64,000 bases of DNA. Origin: Nitrosopumilaceae archaeon. GTDB taxonomy: Archaea; Thermoproteota; Nitrososphaeria; Nitrososphaerales; Nitrosopumilaceae. This document shows, one piece after another, positions 1 to 17,808 of the stretch (within the stretch, counting starts at the first letter, position 1; the number at the start of each line of letters is the position of its first letter). The notes below the pieces were generated by a model, which made no database searches, had not been told where the DNA came from, and worked only from the letters and a program-made list of their open reading frames with translations. The stretch spans positions 544,001 to 608,000 of the forward strand of contig CBDBCR010000003.1 in assembly GCA_965203465.1 (NCBI GenBank), in the 5' to 3' direction. The position numbers were made by a program, and so were the translations under genes.

Positions 1-1
1 A

Positions 2-139
2 AAGGTGGCCAACTCGAGGAAGGTCGACATGGTCGTGATAGGCTCGCGCGGCAGGAGCCTGGTGAGGGAGATGTTCTTCGGCAGCACGGCAAACTACGTC
101 GTGCACGCCTCCAGGGTGCCCGTGCTGATCGTAAAGTAG
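2..139 (+). CDS. Universal stress protein (UspA family), 3' part; truncated by window start
   Basis: Manual translation KVANSRKVDMVVIGSRGRSLVREMFFGSTANYVVHASRVPVLIVK*; matches the USP G-x2-G-x9-G-S-T and terminal PVLIV motifs. Confidence 0.9.
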   Translation, partial: KVANSRKVDMVVIGSRGRSLVREMFFGSTANYVVHASRVPVLIVK

Positions 140-156
140 CCCCGGGCGGCGGGGCT

Positions 157-612
157 TTACCCCGACGCGGCCTTGCGTATGTACTGCTGGTGGTACTCTT
201 CTGCCTCGTAGAACGGGCCGGCCTCGGCTATTTCGGTGACCGCCGGCGCGCGCAGCCTGCCAGAGGCCGAGAGCGCGGCGGCCGACTTTGATGCAGAGCC
301 CATCTGATCCGGGCCGTGGCAGAAGACCGCCGAGCGGTACTGGCTGCCCACGTCCGGCCCCTGCCTGTCGCGCGTGGTCGGATCGTGGCACGACCAAAAC
401 ACATCCAGCAGGCGCTCGTACGAGACGCGCGCCGGATCGTACGTTACCTCGACTGCCTCGGCGTGGCCGGTGCGGCCGGTGCAGACCTGCTCGTAGGTCG
501 GGTTTTGCGCGCCGCCGCCCGTGTACCCCACCCTCGTCGAGACTACCCCCTCGGTCCTGCGGAACACCTCCTCAACGTGCCAAAAGCACCCGGCGGCGAA
601 CGTGGCCTTCAT
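157..612 (-). CDS. msrA: Peptide-methionine (S)-S-oxide reductase
   Basis: [14 protein letters not shown] (GCFW active site), [26 protein letters not shown]; true start ATG at 612 inside the longer ORF-track call. Confidence 0.95.
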   Translation of the reverse strand: MKATFAAGCFWHVEEVFRRTEGVVSTRVGYTGGGAQNPTYEQVCTGRTGHAEAVEVTYDPARVSYERLLDVFWSCHDPTTRDRQGPDVGSQYRSAVFCHGPDQMGSASKSAAALSASGRLRAPAVTEIAEAGPFYEAEEYHQQYIRKAASG

Positions 613-974
613 GCTATCTTTTTCACGCTCCAGTCCGGGCCCACCAAGAGCCCCTGCACGCTCACCGGCAGGCCCCACCCGCGCACGCGCTCGACGGCCG
701 CGCGCACGTGCTCCGCGTGCGCGGCCGCGTCCACCGGGTTGGCCGCGCAGTCGTGGTGGCCCGAGACGAATATGATCCGGGAGCCGTGCGCCCGGACCGA
801 TATCTCCGCCTTGGATCTCAGGTCGGGCCTGTCCTTTTCGTGCAGCGCGAGGTCGCAGCCCGGCTCCGTTATCGTGTCGACGTGATCGACGCCGAGCTCG
901 GAGCGTATCCATTCGCGCACGGGCGCCTGCACGCGCCCGTCGATGCACTGTATCGAGGTGGCGAACGAGGCCGT
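609..974 (-). CDS. Putative small beta-type carbonic anhydrase-like protein; start uncertain (ACG at 974?)
   Basis: [13 protein letters not shown] (C-x-D-x-R), DTITEPG and GHHDCAAN (H-x-x-C) zinc ligands; the CxDxR motif lies upstream of the GTG at 932. Confidence 0.7.
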   Translation of the reverse strand, partial: TASFATSIQCIDGRVQAPVREWIRSELGVDHVDTITEPGCDLALHEKDRPDLRSKAEISVRAHGSRIIFVSGHHDCAANPVDAAAHAEHVRAAVERVRGWGLPVSVQGLLVGPDWSVKKIA

Positions 975-1346
975 CTAGCGCACCCCCGAAAAGACGTCGA
1001 CTACGAGCCTGGCCATGCTCTCTATGTCGACGGACGGCTCTGCCGATATGAGCAGTATGATCCCCGAGACGGGGAACGGGAAGCTGATGAGCACCGCCTT
1101 GTCGCGCCGGGCGGCCAGGTAGTTTATCGGGCCGAGGCTCGCGTCGTATTCCTTGCGGACGGTTATCTTTGAGACGAACTCCATGAACGAGCTCAGCTGC
1201 CTGTCGTTTTCTTCGAGGCGCGGCAGCCCCTCGCGCTGGCCGCCCGAGACGAGGCGGCCGTCGGCGTCTATTATCCCGGCGAAGCGCACGTCCTTTTCCT
1301 TGAGGAGCCGGGCGCACTTTGGGCCGTAGTCCGGGTACCGGGCCAT
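975..1346 (-). CDS. Thaumarchaeal DUF6659-like (roadblock/sensor-like) protein
   Basis: [21 protein letters not shown]...[13 protein letters not shown] pattern; TTTTTATG TATA-like box about 25 nt upstream of ATG 1346. Confidence 0.7.
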   Translation of the reverse strand: MARYPDYGPKCARLLKEKDVRFAGIIDADGRLVSGGQREGLPRLEENDRQLSSFMEFVSKITVRKEYDASLGPINYLAARRDKAVLISFPFPVSGIILLISAEPSVDIESMARLVVDVFSGVR

Positions 1347-1410
1347 GTCCCGAAAAACGGGGATCGGCATAAAAACCTAGCCTGTCGATAAAAAGGGGGT
1401 TGGAGGGGCC

Positions 1411-1758
1411 CTACCTGAACGTGCCGACTTTGCGGATGACCTTGGTGTGGTCGAACCGCTTGGTGGTGGTCACGTACAGGAGGTACGAGCGCCCCGCCGG
1501 CATCGTTATGCGCTTGACCTCCTCGTATTCTGCCATCGCGTATTTGCACTTGCCCAGCTTCGTGGCCAGCTTTTTGCGCTTGGCCCACTGGCCGGCCGCC
1601 ATCTTTAGCGACGCGGTGCTTTCCTTGGCCGAGAGCTTGTTGCGCACAGAGGGGCTGCGGGCGTGGTATATCAGCTTGCCCTTCATGTCGCATATGCTGA
1701 CCATGCGGACGCCGTTTCCCAGCTTTAGCAGGCTCTTGGCTATGGCTGCTGTCTCCAT
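1411..1758 (-). CDS. Second DUF6659-like paralogue
   Basis: VRMVSICDMKGKLI...KLGKCKYAMAEYEEVKRITMP, the same fold pattern as the neighbouring gene; ATG at 1758. Confidence 0.65.
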   Translation of the reverse strand: METAAIAKSLLKLGNGVRMVSICDMKGKLIYHARSPSVRNKLSAKESTASLKMAAGQWAKRKKLATKLGKCKYAMAEYEEVKRITMPAGRSYLLYVTTTKRFDHTKVIRKVGTFR

Positions 1759-1957
1759 TGGCCCCGGGCGACGTACCCTAGATGATAAAGCTTTAGATCG
1801 GCCCGGCGCGCGCGGTTTGCCGGCCCGCGGCGGCCGCGCCGGGTCCGGGCGCCGCAAAGCGCGCCACGGGGCCCGATCCGGCGGGCCCGGCGCCGGCCCG
1901 TCTTTCGGCGCTTGCCGTGCACGTCCGCGTCCCCGTTCCGGCGCGCGCTTTGCCCGC

Positions 1958-3127
1958 TCACGCGGTGGCTCCTATTTCCTCGGCCACGAAGACTTTGGAT
2001 CTGTGCGGCGCGTCCGCACGCGCCAGTATTCCCGCCTGCACCAGCTCTTCCACCGCGCTCTTTGCCCCCGGATACGACGCGTCGAGGATGCCGCGCGCCG
2101 CCGGTATCGTCACGTACGGGTTCGCAAAGAGGCTCTCCATCAGGCGCACGGCGCGGCCCCCGGCGCCGCGCTTCTCGAGAGCGCCGGCGTACCCGTCGCG
2201 CACCGAGGCGAGCCTGCCGATTCCTTTGATCGCCGCGTCCGCCCGCTCTTCGAAGGCGCGCAGAAAGAACGCGATCCATTCGTTCCAAGAGCTAGTCTGG
2301 CTCACAGAAAGCAGTCCGTCGTAGTATTCTGCAAGATGCCCCTCAAAGTACGCGCTGAGGTGCAGCATGGGCGCGGCCCCTTTTTCGTGGAGCATCAGCG
2401 AAAGCAGCATCCTGCCTACCCGGCCGTTCCCGTCGAAGAACGGGTGTATCGCCTCGAACTGGTAGTGCGCCACGGCGCACCGCACCAGCACGGACGCGAC
2501 GGCGTCCGTCCGGACGAACCCGCACAAGTCGTCTAGCAGGCCGGGCACGAATCTGGCGTCGGGGGGCATGTAGATTATCCTGCCGCCCTTGCCTATCCAG
2601 TTCTGCCCGTCGCGCAGATCTCCGGGCGATTTGACCCAGCCGCGCACGCCGTACATCAGGATCCGGTGCGCCCCTCGGATCAGGTCCGGATCTATTCTGC
2701 GGCCGCCCTCCAGCTCGCCCAGCGCGCCCTCGAGCGCCGAGGCGCAGCTGATCACCTCGCCCAGCCGCGCGCCGCCGCCCCCCGCCCACGCGCCGCCGGT
2801 CGCCTCGCGCAAGTTCAGATCCGCCAGCGACGCAGACGTCCCCTCGATTCGGGAGCTCGAGACCGCCTCCCTCTTTAGGAACGAGCGGGCCAGGGCGCGC
2901 GCGTTGGGCGCGGCGCCCGCCTTGCCGCGCAGCTCCGCCACCCTGCTCTCGGCCCCGGACAGGAGCGCGGCCGTCTCGCGGTCGCAGTCCAGCGAGGGGG
3001 GAAGGCCCGCGGGCACGAACGTGCGCTGGTTGAGCATGTTTGGCACGAAAGCTCCGGCCGGGTTGGTGAAGCCGCTCCTGTCCCAGTCCAGGTCGCCGGG
3101 TTTGCTTTCCTGTAGCCTGGCCGCCAC
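1958..3127 (-). CDS. Fic family protein (class II-like, C-terminal wHTH)
   Basis: Intact HPFFDGNGRVGR Fic motif; N-terminal SSRIEG auto-inhibitory motif. Confidence 0.92.
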   Translation of the reverse strand: MAARLQESKPGDLDWDRSGFTNPAGAFVPNMLNQRTFVPAGLPPSLDCDRETAALLSGAESRVAELRGKAGAAPNARALARSFLKREAVSSSRIEGTSASLADLNLREATGGAWAGGGGARLGEVISCASALEGALGELEGGRRIDPDLIRGAHRILMYGVRGWVKSPGDLRDGQNWIGKGGRIIYMPPDARFVPGLLDDLCGFVRTDAVASVLVRCAVAHYQFEAIHPFFDGNGRVGRMLLSLMLHEKGAAPMLHLSAYFEGHLAEYYDGLLSVSQTSSWNEWIAFFLRAFEERADAAIKGIGRLASVRDGYAGALEKRGAGGRAVRLMESLFANPYVTIPAARGILDASYPGAKSAVEELVQAGILARADAPHRSKVFVAEEIGATA

Positions 3128-3130
3128 CGT

Positions 3131-3264
3131 CTGGATCCGCCGTCCTGCGTTATATTGTCAGCTCGTTGAGCGGATCCAGTTTCGCTTAATCGGATAGGGT
3201 CAAGTAGACCCAGAGCTTGACGGATTCCGGCCGGATTAAGCGAATCTGGGATCCGCTTAATCGG
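3131..3264. repeat. Nested imperfect inverted repeats upstream of the Fic gene
   Basis: AGCGGATCCAGTTTCGCTTAATCGG (3169-3193) pairs with CCGGATTAAGCGAATCTGGGATCCGCT (3231-3257); inner GTCAAG/CTTGAC pair; CTGGATCCGC (3131-3140) pairs with GCGGATCCAG (3170-3179). Confidence 0.75.
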
Positions 3265-3427
3265 GTTCCCCGAGCCGGCGGCAGAGCCGCGGGGCAGGCG
3301 CGAAGTGGCGGCCTCCGGATCAAGAACCGGCACGGCCGGAAAACGCAGAGTCGTGTACAGCGTCCGCTAGGGCCCGTAAAAAATGGACCGTCGCGCATAG
3401 TCTCTATGTGTGTGGCTGCACCAGTGT

Positions 3428-6408
<2,981 letters not shown>

Positions 6409-6565
6409 TACACTGGCAGTACAGCCACATATTACACGACTATGCGCGACGATCATCGCAAGGGGCCCTGCCGGGCCTCCCCGCTACATCCTTCATCCGC
6501 CACTTTCGTGGCGCATTGCACCGATGGTTCGCGGAAAGACATGCGCGCACCCGCTTGTGTTCCTA

Positions 6566-8036
<1,471 letters not shown>

Positions 8037-8237
8037 CGATGTCGTATGGTTTTGGTCGTACGTATTGGAATTTGACGGATGCGCACATGTCTTTCACGCA
8101 TCAGAACTGACCTCGCGATCAGAACCTCATCCATGTATCCGAAACTGGAGGCCCGCAGGTCACAGTGTGGCGTACCGCCACCCCTCGCTGCAAGCGCCGC
8201 TCTTGCGTTCCGTATGTGCACCCCCGTCCCGCTCGAA

Positions 8238-8248
8238 TACATATAAAC
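8238..8248. promoter_or_regulatory. TATA box between the divergent rRNA operon and hemL (possibly bidirectional)
   Basis: ACATATAAAC AT-rich island about 26-32 nt before the hemL GTG; reads TTTATATG on the minus strand towards the rRNA leader. Confidence 0.55.
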
Positions 8249-8272
8249 CATCGGGCCCCGACGGGCCCGCCG

Positions 8273-9559
8273 GTGGACGCCGAGGCCCTCTACAGGAGAA
8301 AGACGCCCCTGTCCGCCCGGCTCTTCGCCAGATCGGAGCGCCTGCACCCGGGCGGGGTCAGCCACAACATACGGTACTTCGAGCCGTACCCCTTCGTCTC
8401 CGTGTCCGCCTCGGGGAGCCGCATCGAAGACGCTGACGGCAACCGGTACACCGACTACTGGATGGGCCACTGGAGCCTCGTCCTGGGCCACTCGCCCCCC
8501 CGGGTGCGCTCGGCCCTGGCCGCCCAGCTCGGAAAGGGCTGGATGCACGGTACGTCCAACGAGCCGACCCTGAGGCTCTCGGAGCTGATACGGAGGGCGG
8601 TGCCGGCCGCCGAAAAGATACGGTACACGGCCTCGGGGACCGAGGCGGTCGCGTACTCTGTGCGGCTGGCGCGCGCGGCGACCGGGAAAAAGACGGCTGC
8701 CAAGATAGAGGGCGGGTGGCACGGGTACGGGCCCGGCCTGGTAAGGTCGGTCAACGCGCCGTTCGATGTACCGGAGGGCGCCGGCATGTCCGGCGAGGAA
8801 AATACCGTCTCGCTTCCGTACAACGACCTGGAGGGCTCCTTGGACGCGCTGCGCAAGACAAAGAGCCTCGCGTGCGTCGTGGCAGAGCCGCTGCTCGGCG
8901 GGGGCGGCGGGATACCGGCCGAGCCCGACTACCTGAAGGGCCTGCAGGAGTTTGCGCAAAAGCGCGGGGCTCTTTTGATACTCGACGAGATAGTCACCGG
9001 GTTCCGGCTGAGGTACGGGTGCGCGTACCAGCCCATGGGGCTGTCGCCCGACATCGTCGCGCTAGGCAAGATAGTCGGGGGCGGCATGCCGGTCGGCGCC
9101 ATCTGCGGGATCGACGAGGTGATGAAGCTTGCCGACGCGCGCTCGTGCCCCAGGAAAAAGAGGGCGTACGTCGGCGGCGGCACCTTCTCGGCCAACCCGG
9201 CGTCGATGGTCTGCGGGTACGAGACGCTCTCGGAGCTGAAGGGCAGGCACGCCGCTTTGAACAGGCTCGGCGTCGCGGCGAGGAAGAGACTGGCCTCGGC
9301 GTTCTCGGGCGAGGCGGCGGTGACCGGCGCGGGCTCGCTGTTCGCGGTCCATTTCGGCGAGGGGCCGGTAAAGAGCGCGGCCGACGCGGCGGCCTGCGAT
9401 CAAAACCTGCAGAAAAGATACCACTTTGAGATGATAGCAAAAGACGGCATATTCTGCCTGCCCGGCAAGATGGGATCCTTTTCGGCGGCCCACTCGGAGG
9501 CGGACGCAAAGCGGCTGGCTTCGGCGTCCGAGCGCTTTGCGCAGTCTTTCAGGAAATGA
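8273..9559 (+). CDS. hemL: Glutamate-1-semialdehyde 2,1-aminomutase (class III PLP aminotransferase)
   Basis: [44 protein letters not shown] motifs; GTG at 8273. Confidence 0.88.
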   Translation: MDAEALYRRKTPLSARLFARSERLHPGGVSHNIRYFEPYPFVSVSASGSRIEDADGNRYTDYWMGHWSLVLGHSPPRVRSALAAQLGKGWMHGTSNEPTLRLSELIRRAVPAAEKIRYTASGTEAVAYSVRLARAATGKKTAAKIEGGWHGYGPGLVRSVNAPFDVPEGAGMSGEENTVSLPYNDLEGSLDALRKTKSLACVVAEPLLGGGGGIPAEPDYLKGLQEFAQKRGALLILDEIVTGFRLRYGCAYQPMGLSPDIVALGKIVGGGMPVGAICGIDEVMKLADARSCPRKKRAYVGGGTFSANPASMVCGYETLSELKGRHAALNRLGVAARKRLASAFSGEAAVTGAGSLFAVHFGEGPVKSAADAAACDQNLQKRYHFEMIAKDGIFCLPGKMGSFSAAHSEADAKRLASASERFAQSFRK

Positions 9560-10004
9560 GGCCCGTGGCGAGGGATTCAAAGTCGGATTCGTACCACCAC
9601 GTCCTGTAGGGGGCCCCGGGCCTGCCCGAGACGTTCAGGGCGATGTGCGAAAAGTCCCCCTTGCCGGACGAGCCGTGCGCGTGGAGCGTGCCGGCCGGTA
9701 TGTGGACGATGTCGCCCTTTGAGAGTTTTTGGGCGCCGGTCTTCCGCATGGAAAACCCCCGGCCCCTCCTGGCCAGGCGCTCGTAGGTCTCCAGGCTGCC
9801 CCTGCCGCCGGTTCCTATGAGTATCTGGCTCCCGCCGTGGCGGTGCAGTTTCGTGCGCGAGCCACGGAACGTGACGTGGTATATGCCGTGGTCCGCGTAG
9901 CCCGCGGGCCCTCCCACGTCGCGCAGCACCGTCGGGCCGGTAAACCACTCTTTTTTCACGTCGCGGCGCACCCTGCCGCCCGTGATGCTGGACTTCACGG
10001 TCAC
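9549..10004 (-). CDS. Cupin domain protein
   Basis: [16 protein letters not shown] and [15 protein letters not shown] cupin motifs; likely GTG start at 10004. Confidence 0.8.
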   Translation of the reverse strand: MTVKSSITGGRVRRDVKKEWFTGPTVLRDVGGPAGYADHGIYHVTFRGSRTKLHRHGGSQILIGTGGRGSLETYERLARRGRGFSMRKTGAQKLSKGDIVHIPAGTLHAHGSSGKGDFSHIALNVSGRPGAPYRTWWYESDFESLATGLIS

Positions 10005-10139
10005 GTTGCCGAAAATGCAGGTCTTATACCTTGGCAGGCGCGCTGGACGGCAGCTTTCAAGACGGACGTTTTGGCCTGATGCCGTGAAACCACTCGACCC
10101 GAATCGGGCCTGCGCGAGTAGGCGGCAAACGGTCACGAG

Positions 10140-13441
<3,302 letters not shown>

Positions 13442-13445
<4 letters not shown>

Positions 13446-16400
13446 GTCGCCCTACCTGATATCTCGTCATAGTACGCCGGGGCCATCTTTCTCACTTCGC
13501 CGTAAAATCCGCGCAAGACCTTCCGGTTTTTCCAATCTGCCGCATCTGCTGCCAATAAGGATCGATCTTCGTCAAACTTGAAAGAATCCAATATACGACG
13601 ATAATCTTGCTTTGATAGTCCATATTCTTTAGCGACGAGTGCATCAAGTTTTGCACACACTTGTATTCTATCTGGTGGAGCGAGTACGGCATTCTTAATC
13701 CGGAGTGATTCTGCAAATGCATCAAACTCAGGTGAACCTACAGACAATCTTGCTGCAAGATTTGCAATTTCAGTATTGTGTGTTTTCGGAATAGGGGTAT
13801 TCTTGATAATGGTGGGAACGTCTAGCCGTATTTTTGAGCGCATAATAAAATCAAACGTCATAGAATTTAATACACCTGACAAATATGCGATGTTTTGGTT
13901 ATATTTATCAGTTAGTTCTACTTTGCCGTTATGTGTAATTATAATCGACTGCAGAGTATCTGTATGAAATGTGCGGGGCGGTATTATAGCCGCAATAGTA
14001 GTTCGTGTCACAGTAGACGTAGAAACACGATGAAATGTCAATTGATATGCATTGAAAAAATCCCTATAGTGTTTTTTGTACACTCGTTTGGACGACAGTC
14101 TTGCCAGTCCGTCTGATTCAGATACGGTAAACTTGTGTGTAGCAAAGTTACTGTCAAACTGCGATGTGTGTTTACCTTCCAAGACTGGGCGGCCATTACC
14201 ATCAGTCTTTAACAGATCAGCATCTTTCACTCTATGTAATCCACTAGCCAACCCAACATCCCAACCGTCGACGCCTAAACCAAGAGCGTTGTGCTTTGAG
14301 AGTTTTTCTAACAAAAGAGCAGTCTCGTGATTTACCTCTGTAATTATAAGATCGGTTGGAGATGTGTTTCGTATGCGCTGTTTTGAGCGCATAGTAAATT
14401 TTTCTTTTTCAGTTGCTTTGTTTTCCAGTGTCGCTAATTGGTGAAGGTAGAAGCCAGAAGGGATTTGGTCAGAGCCTTTTGTGTTTCTTATAGTTAAAAG
14501 TACAAATCGGAATTCGCGATGTATGGGGAAGATTTTGTGTTTGTTTTCATATACATAGATTTGGCGAATATCCAGTTCTAGACATTTTTTACGTAAATTT
14601 ACTGTACCAACACTTGTTAGAATTTGAGATGGAATCAATATAGAAATTAAACCGTTTTCAGATACTAAATTCAACATACGCTCAAGCATAATTTTCCATA
14701 TATCTCGATCTCCCACACTCTGTAGTTTGTAGGTTTTATAAAATGTGTTTCTATCATTAAAGGATTTTATGTATGTTTGGTATTCTTCCTTTATTTCTTT
14801 ACGTTCTGCGTAAATTTCCACAACACGTTTTTCTTTTTCTTTATGGGTGCTGAGACTAGCAAACACGGGATCATGTTGAATGAAAAACTCATCCATATAT
14901 GGTTTGACTTTATCCCATGGAGGATTTCCGATTACTAGATCAAATCCTTTCTTTTTATCAGTAAAAGCATCCATCATTTCTAGATCCCAATGGAAGAATG
15001 AATATTTATTTCTAAGTTCGTTGATCGTGTTTCGGATCCGATTTGTTGGCACATCGGGTTTTGTAGAACCTTCTGAAATTTTTCCCAAAGCTCTTGCGAA
15101 CAATTTGGGCGTCCGTTTAGGGAGCAAGCTTTTATCGATTACAAATGCAGTTAGTGCATCAAGCTCAGTTCTATGCGGAGTCATTCTTTTTTCATATTCT
15201 GCATATGCATCTTCACTAGAACGCACAGCATCGACCGTAACATCCGCATTGCGACTAATGTCTCCTAGAATAGATCCTGCTTTCTCAGTTTTCATATATA
15301 CATCCAGATCTGTGTCATGTTTTGACCCCATGTCGGATCGCCACATGCCAATCGTGGAGTCGCCATGCTTGATGTGATGGTTAAGATAAGTCAACGGAAC
15401 CCCTATGGCAAACGAGTCCAACCACAACGACAGTTTGCACAAATCTACGGCTAGAGGATTCAAATCAACGCCAAATATACAACGCTTCATAACGCGTCGT
15501 TTTAGCAACACATCGTCTGACAACAGAGACGGATTTATTGTAACTCCTCGGTTCTGTTGCTCTTGAACCACCAACCTGCGATCGTCGTCGATCTCAGCCA
15601 AGAGTGGATGTCCAGCATGTTTCTTCAACATCCGAGTAGCCCACTCAGTTATTCTGCTGAGCGCCTCAACTAAGAAATGTCCACTCCCCATAGCCGGATC
15701 CAGTACTTGTACATCAAGTAGCCTATCTGTGCAAACGCACCGGTTAGTTTCGCTAGGATTCTTGTGGTATGCTTCTAGATCTTCTGCGATGAGAACTTCA
15801 CGCTCGGCGAGTATGGGCTCTAGGCCCTGTCGCACCAAAAACCTAACCATTTCATCTGGCGTGTAGTAGCTAGCGGTAGATTTGCGTAGTGCTATGCCTC
15901 CTTTGGAAGCCAAGTATAGATCGTTCTTTTTGTATGAGTATGCGCCTGATTGCTTAGTCTTTATCTCACGGACTTTTCCATTATCTTCTAACAACATAAT
16001 GTCTTTCTTAGCCTGTCGAACTCCATACTCCATAAGCGTCTCGTAGACGCTACCCAAATGCCGCACGTTTAAACTGGCATAATCGATAGCAGATCCATCC
16101 CTCTCCAATAATCCACGCAACGCTCGCACTATGTGTTCGTTCCTGACACAGCGGTTGTCGATCTGCGGCATGTTCCTAAATAGGTCGCCACCATACTGCG
16201 GCAGATTATGTTCCTTGCTACCACACCTGATCCCACGGAAAAGATTTAGAAGTTTATTCCAGCAATCCATATCATCCGGCCTAGACTCGGAATCGTCTAG
16301 ACTGTTTCGGATTGCCTGTAGAGATATTGGTCGGTACTTTTCATCTTTGGCAGGTAACAAATTCCTAGACTCGGCGTACAAAATAAACCAGATACGGTAC

Positions 16401-17443
16401 ATTATGGCGAGTGCTGCTCTTCGACCTGCCTCCAACTCTGCGGCCGAAAACGTCTTTTTCATGTCGTGATCCAATATGCCCTTTACGATATCCAGGAAAG
16501 TGCCGTTAGCACTCATTATTCGCGAAGCCATATTGTCTTCTAAATCTCTCGCGTATTCCCTACTGTTTGCGAAGAATGCTTCAATGTCGCGCCTTCCTTC
16601 TACCACTGCGTACGCGCTTGATCCAAATATTGCTGCAAGGTACTTTGCAGCAGATTTCCTGTTCGGATCCAAGAAAGCGGCAAAATAGTTGGTGGTAGAT
16701 GCAGACATCTTGGTGGAGTACAGGCGCCAGTCCGTGCCGTTGGTCAGTATCGACCACGTGCTATGTTTTAGCGCATCGACTGCCAAGTAGCTCGGTGCCA
16801 CCTCGGTGTCGCTCTTGCGCACGTTGAGATCGTCACGCGGAGTAACCGTTATGGATACCGTGTCGTCTATCTTTTGCGTACCGTGTTCGGGTTTTATATT
16901 CCAGCCCAGTTTCTTTAGTGCATCCCACACATTCCCAGCTGCCAAGACGCTTTCAGCGACCTTGTTTGCGTCCATCCTAGTATCATTCCATATGCGCTCT
17001 TTCAGGTAGTGGTTCTCGAAGAGACCTCGATTGTCAAAGTCCTTGGTAGCCGTCTGGAGTGCATGGATTGCTTCCTTCATGGCCACCAGCGCCCTAATCT
17101 TGGTAGTAGCGGTAGCAAAACCACAGGATGACAGAACAGCGGCGACGCGCTCGCGCTCGATGCTAGATCCGACTCTTGCGGTATCCGACAGTTTGGCTGC
17201 TTTTAACACGATTGTGTTATGAGGTGACACCAAGATGATGCACTCGGGAATGCCACGCACCGCTTTCTTGACTTCAGATATATTCTTTGGACCCTTTTCG
17301 ATCAGTATTACGGGAATGGGTGGTTTCTTGGAGCCGGCCCGCCTAAAGCCGTACGAGACCCACGTTTCGTGCAGATCGGTTTCGTGCCGATCGTCCGGGT
17401 TTACCCCCACGGCGGCCAGCAGTCCGGCCTCCGAGTGGGTCAA
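13442..17443 (-). CDS. Large Type IIG / Eco57I-like N6-adenine DNA methyltransferase with target recognition domain
   Basis: SYYTP, VLDPAMGSGHFL (motif I), FGVDLNP, GNPPW (motif IV), ILTNGTDWRLY; TTG start. Confidence 0.9.
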
Positions 17444-17483
17444 AGCCCAAGGGCCGGCTGGCCAAGATCAGTACCTGAGTAAT

Positions 17484-17537
17484 AGGTAGAACGAGGTAGA
17501 ACGAGGTAGAACGAGGTAGAACGAGGTAGAACGAGGT
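17484..17537. repeat. Perfect 10-bp tandem repeat (AGGTAGAACG) x5 plus AGGT
   Basis: Read directly; lies 41-94 nt upstream of the methyltransferase TTG. Confidence 0.97.
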
Positions 17538-17743
17538 TTCACTCGTCAGTAGGGAGCCTTGTTCAGAGGTGATTTTGTGGTTTGGGTGTAGGGCCATTGT
17601 TACTTGGGCCTGAATTCGGTCTTTTTTATAGATTGATGTGTGCCCTATCGAAATCCGGCCAATGGCGCCAAGCCGTCAACGAGTTCATGTCACGGTACTG
17701 TAGCACTGCCGTGCAAGGATCCGCCCCCCACCCCCGGGCCAAA

Positions 17744-17786
17744 GTTAGCCCAGGCTAACAAATTTAGCCCATGCTAACTTTTAATA
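17744..17786 (+). promoter_or_regulatory. Tandem palindromic operators (DtxR/MntR-like) abutting the TATA box of the multicopper oxidase-ZIP operon
   Basis: GTTAGCCCAGGCTAAC (17744-17759) and TTTAGCCCATGCTAAC (17763-17778), followed by TTTTAATA about 23-30 nt before GTG 17809. Confidence 0.7.
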
Positions 17787-17808
17787 CGGCGCCGCGGGGC
17801 CAAAATCC

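Noticed and set aside
17484-17537. 10-bp arrays as CRISPR
   Set aside because: The units are contiguous with no spacers, and no cas genes are in the window.
17443-17597. Classical in-frame phase variation fusing ATG 17597 to the methyltransferase
   Set aside because: Removing one unit does give the right frame, but an in-frame TGA at 17470-17468 blocks fusion. The Type ISP locus is likewise blocked by TGA 25419-25421.
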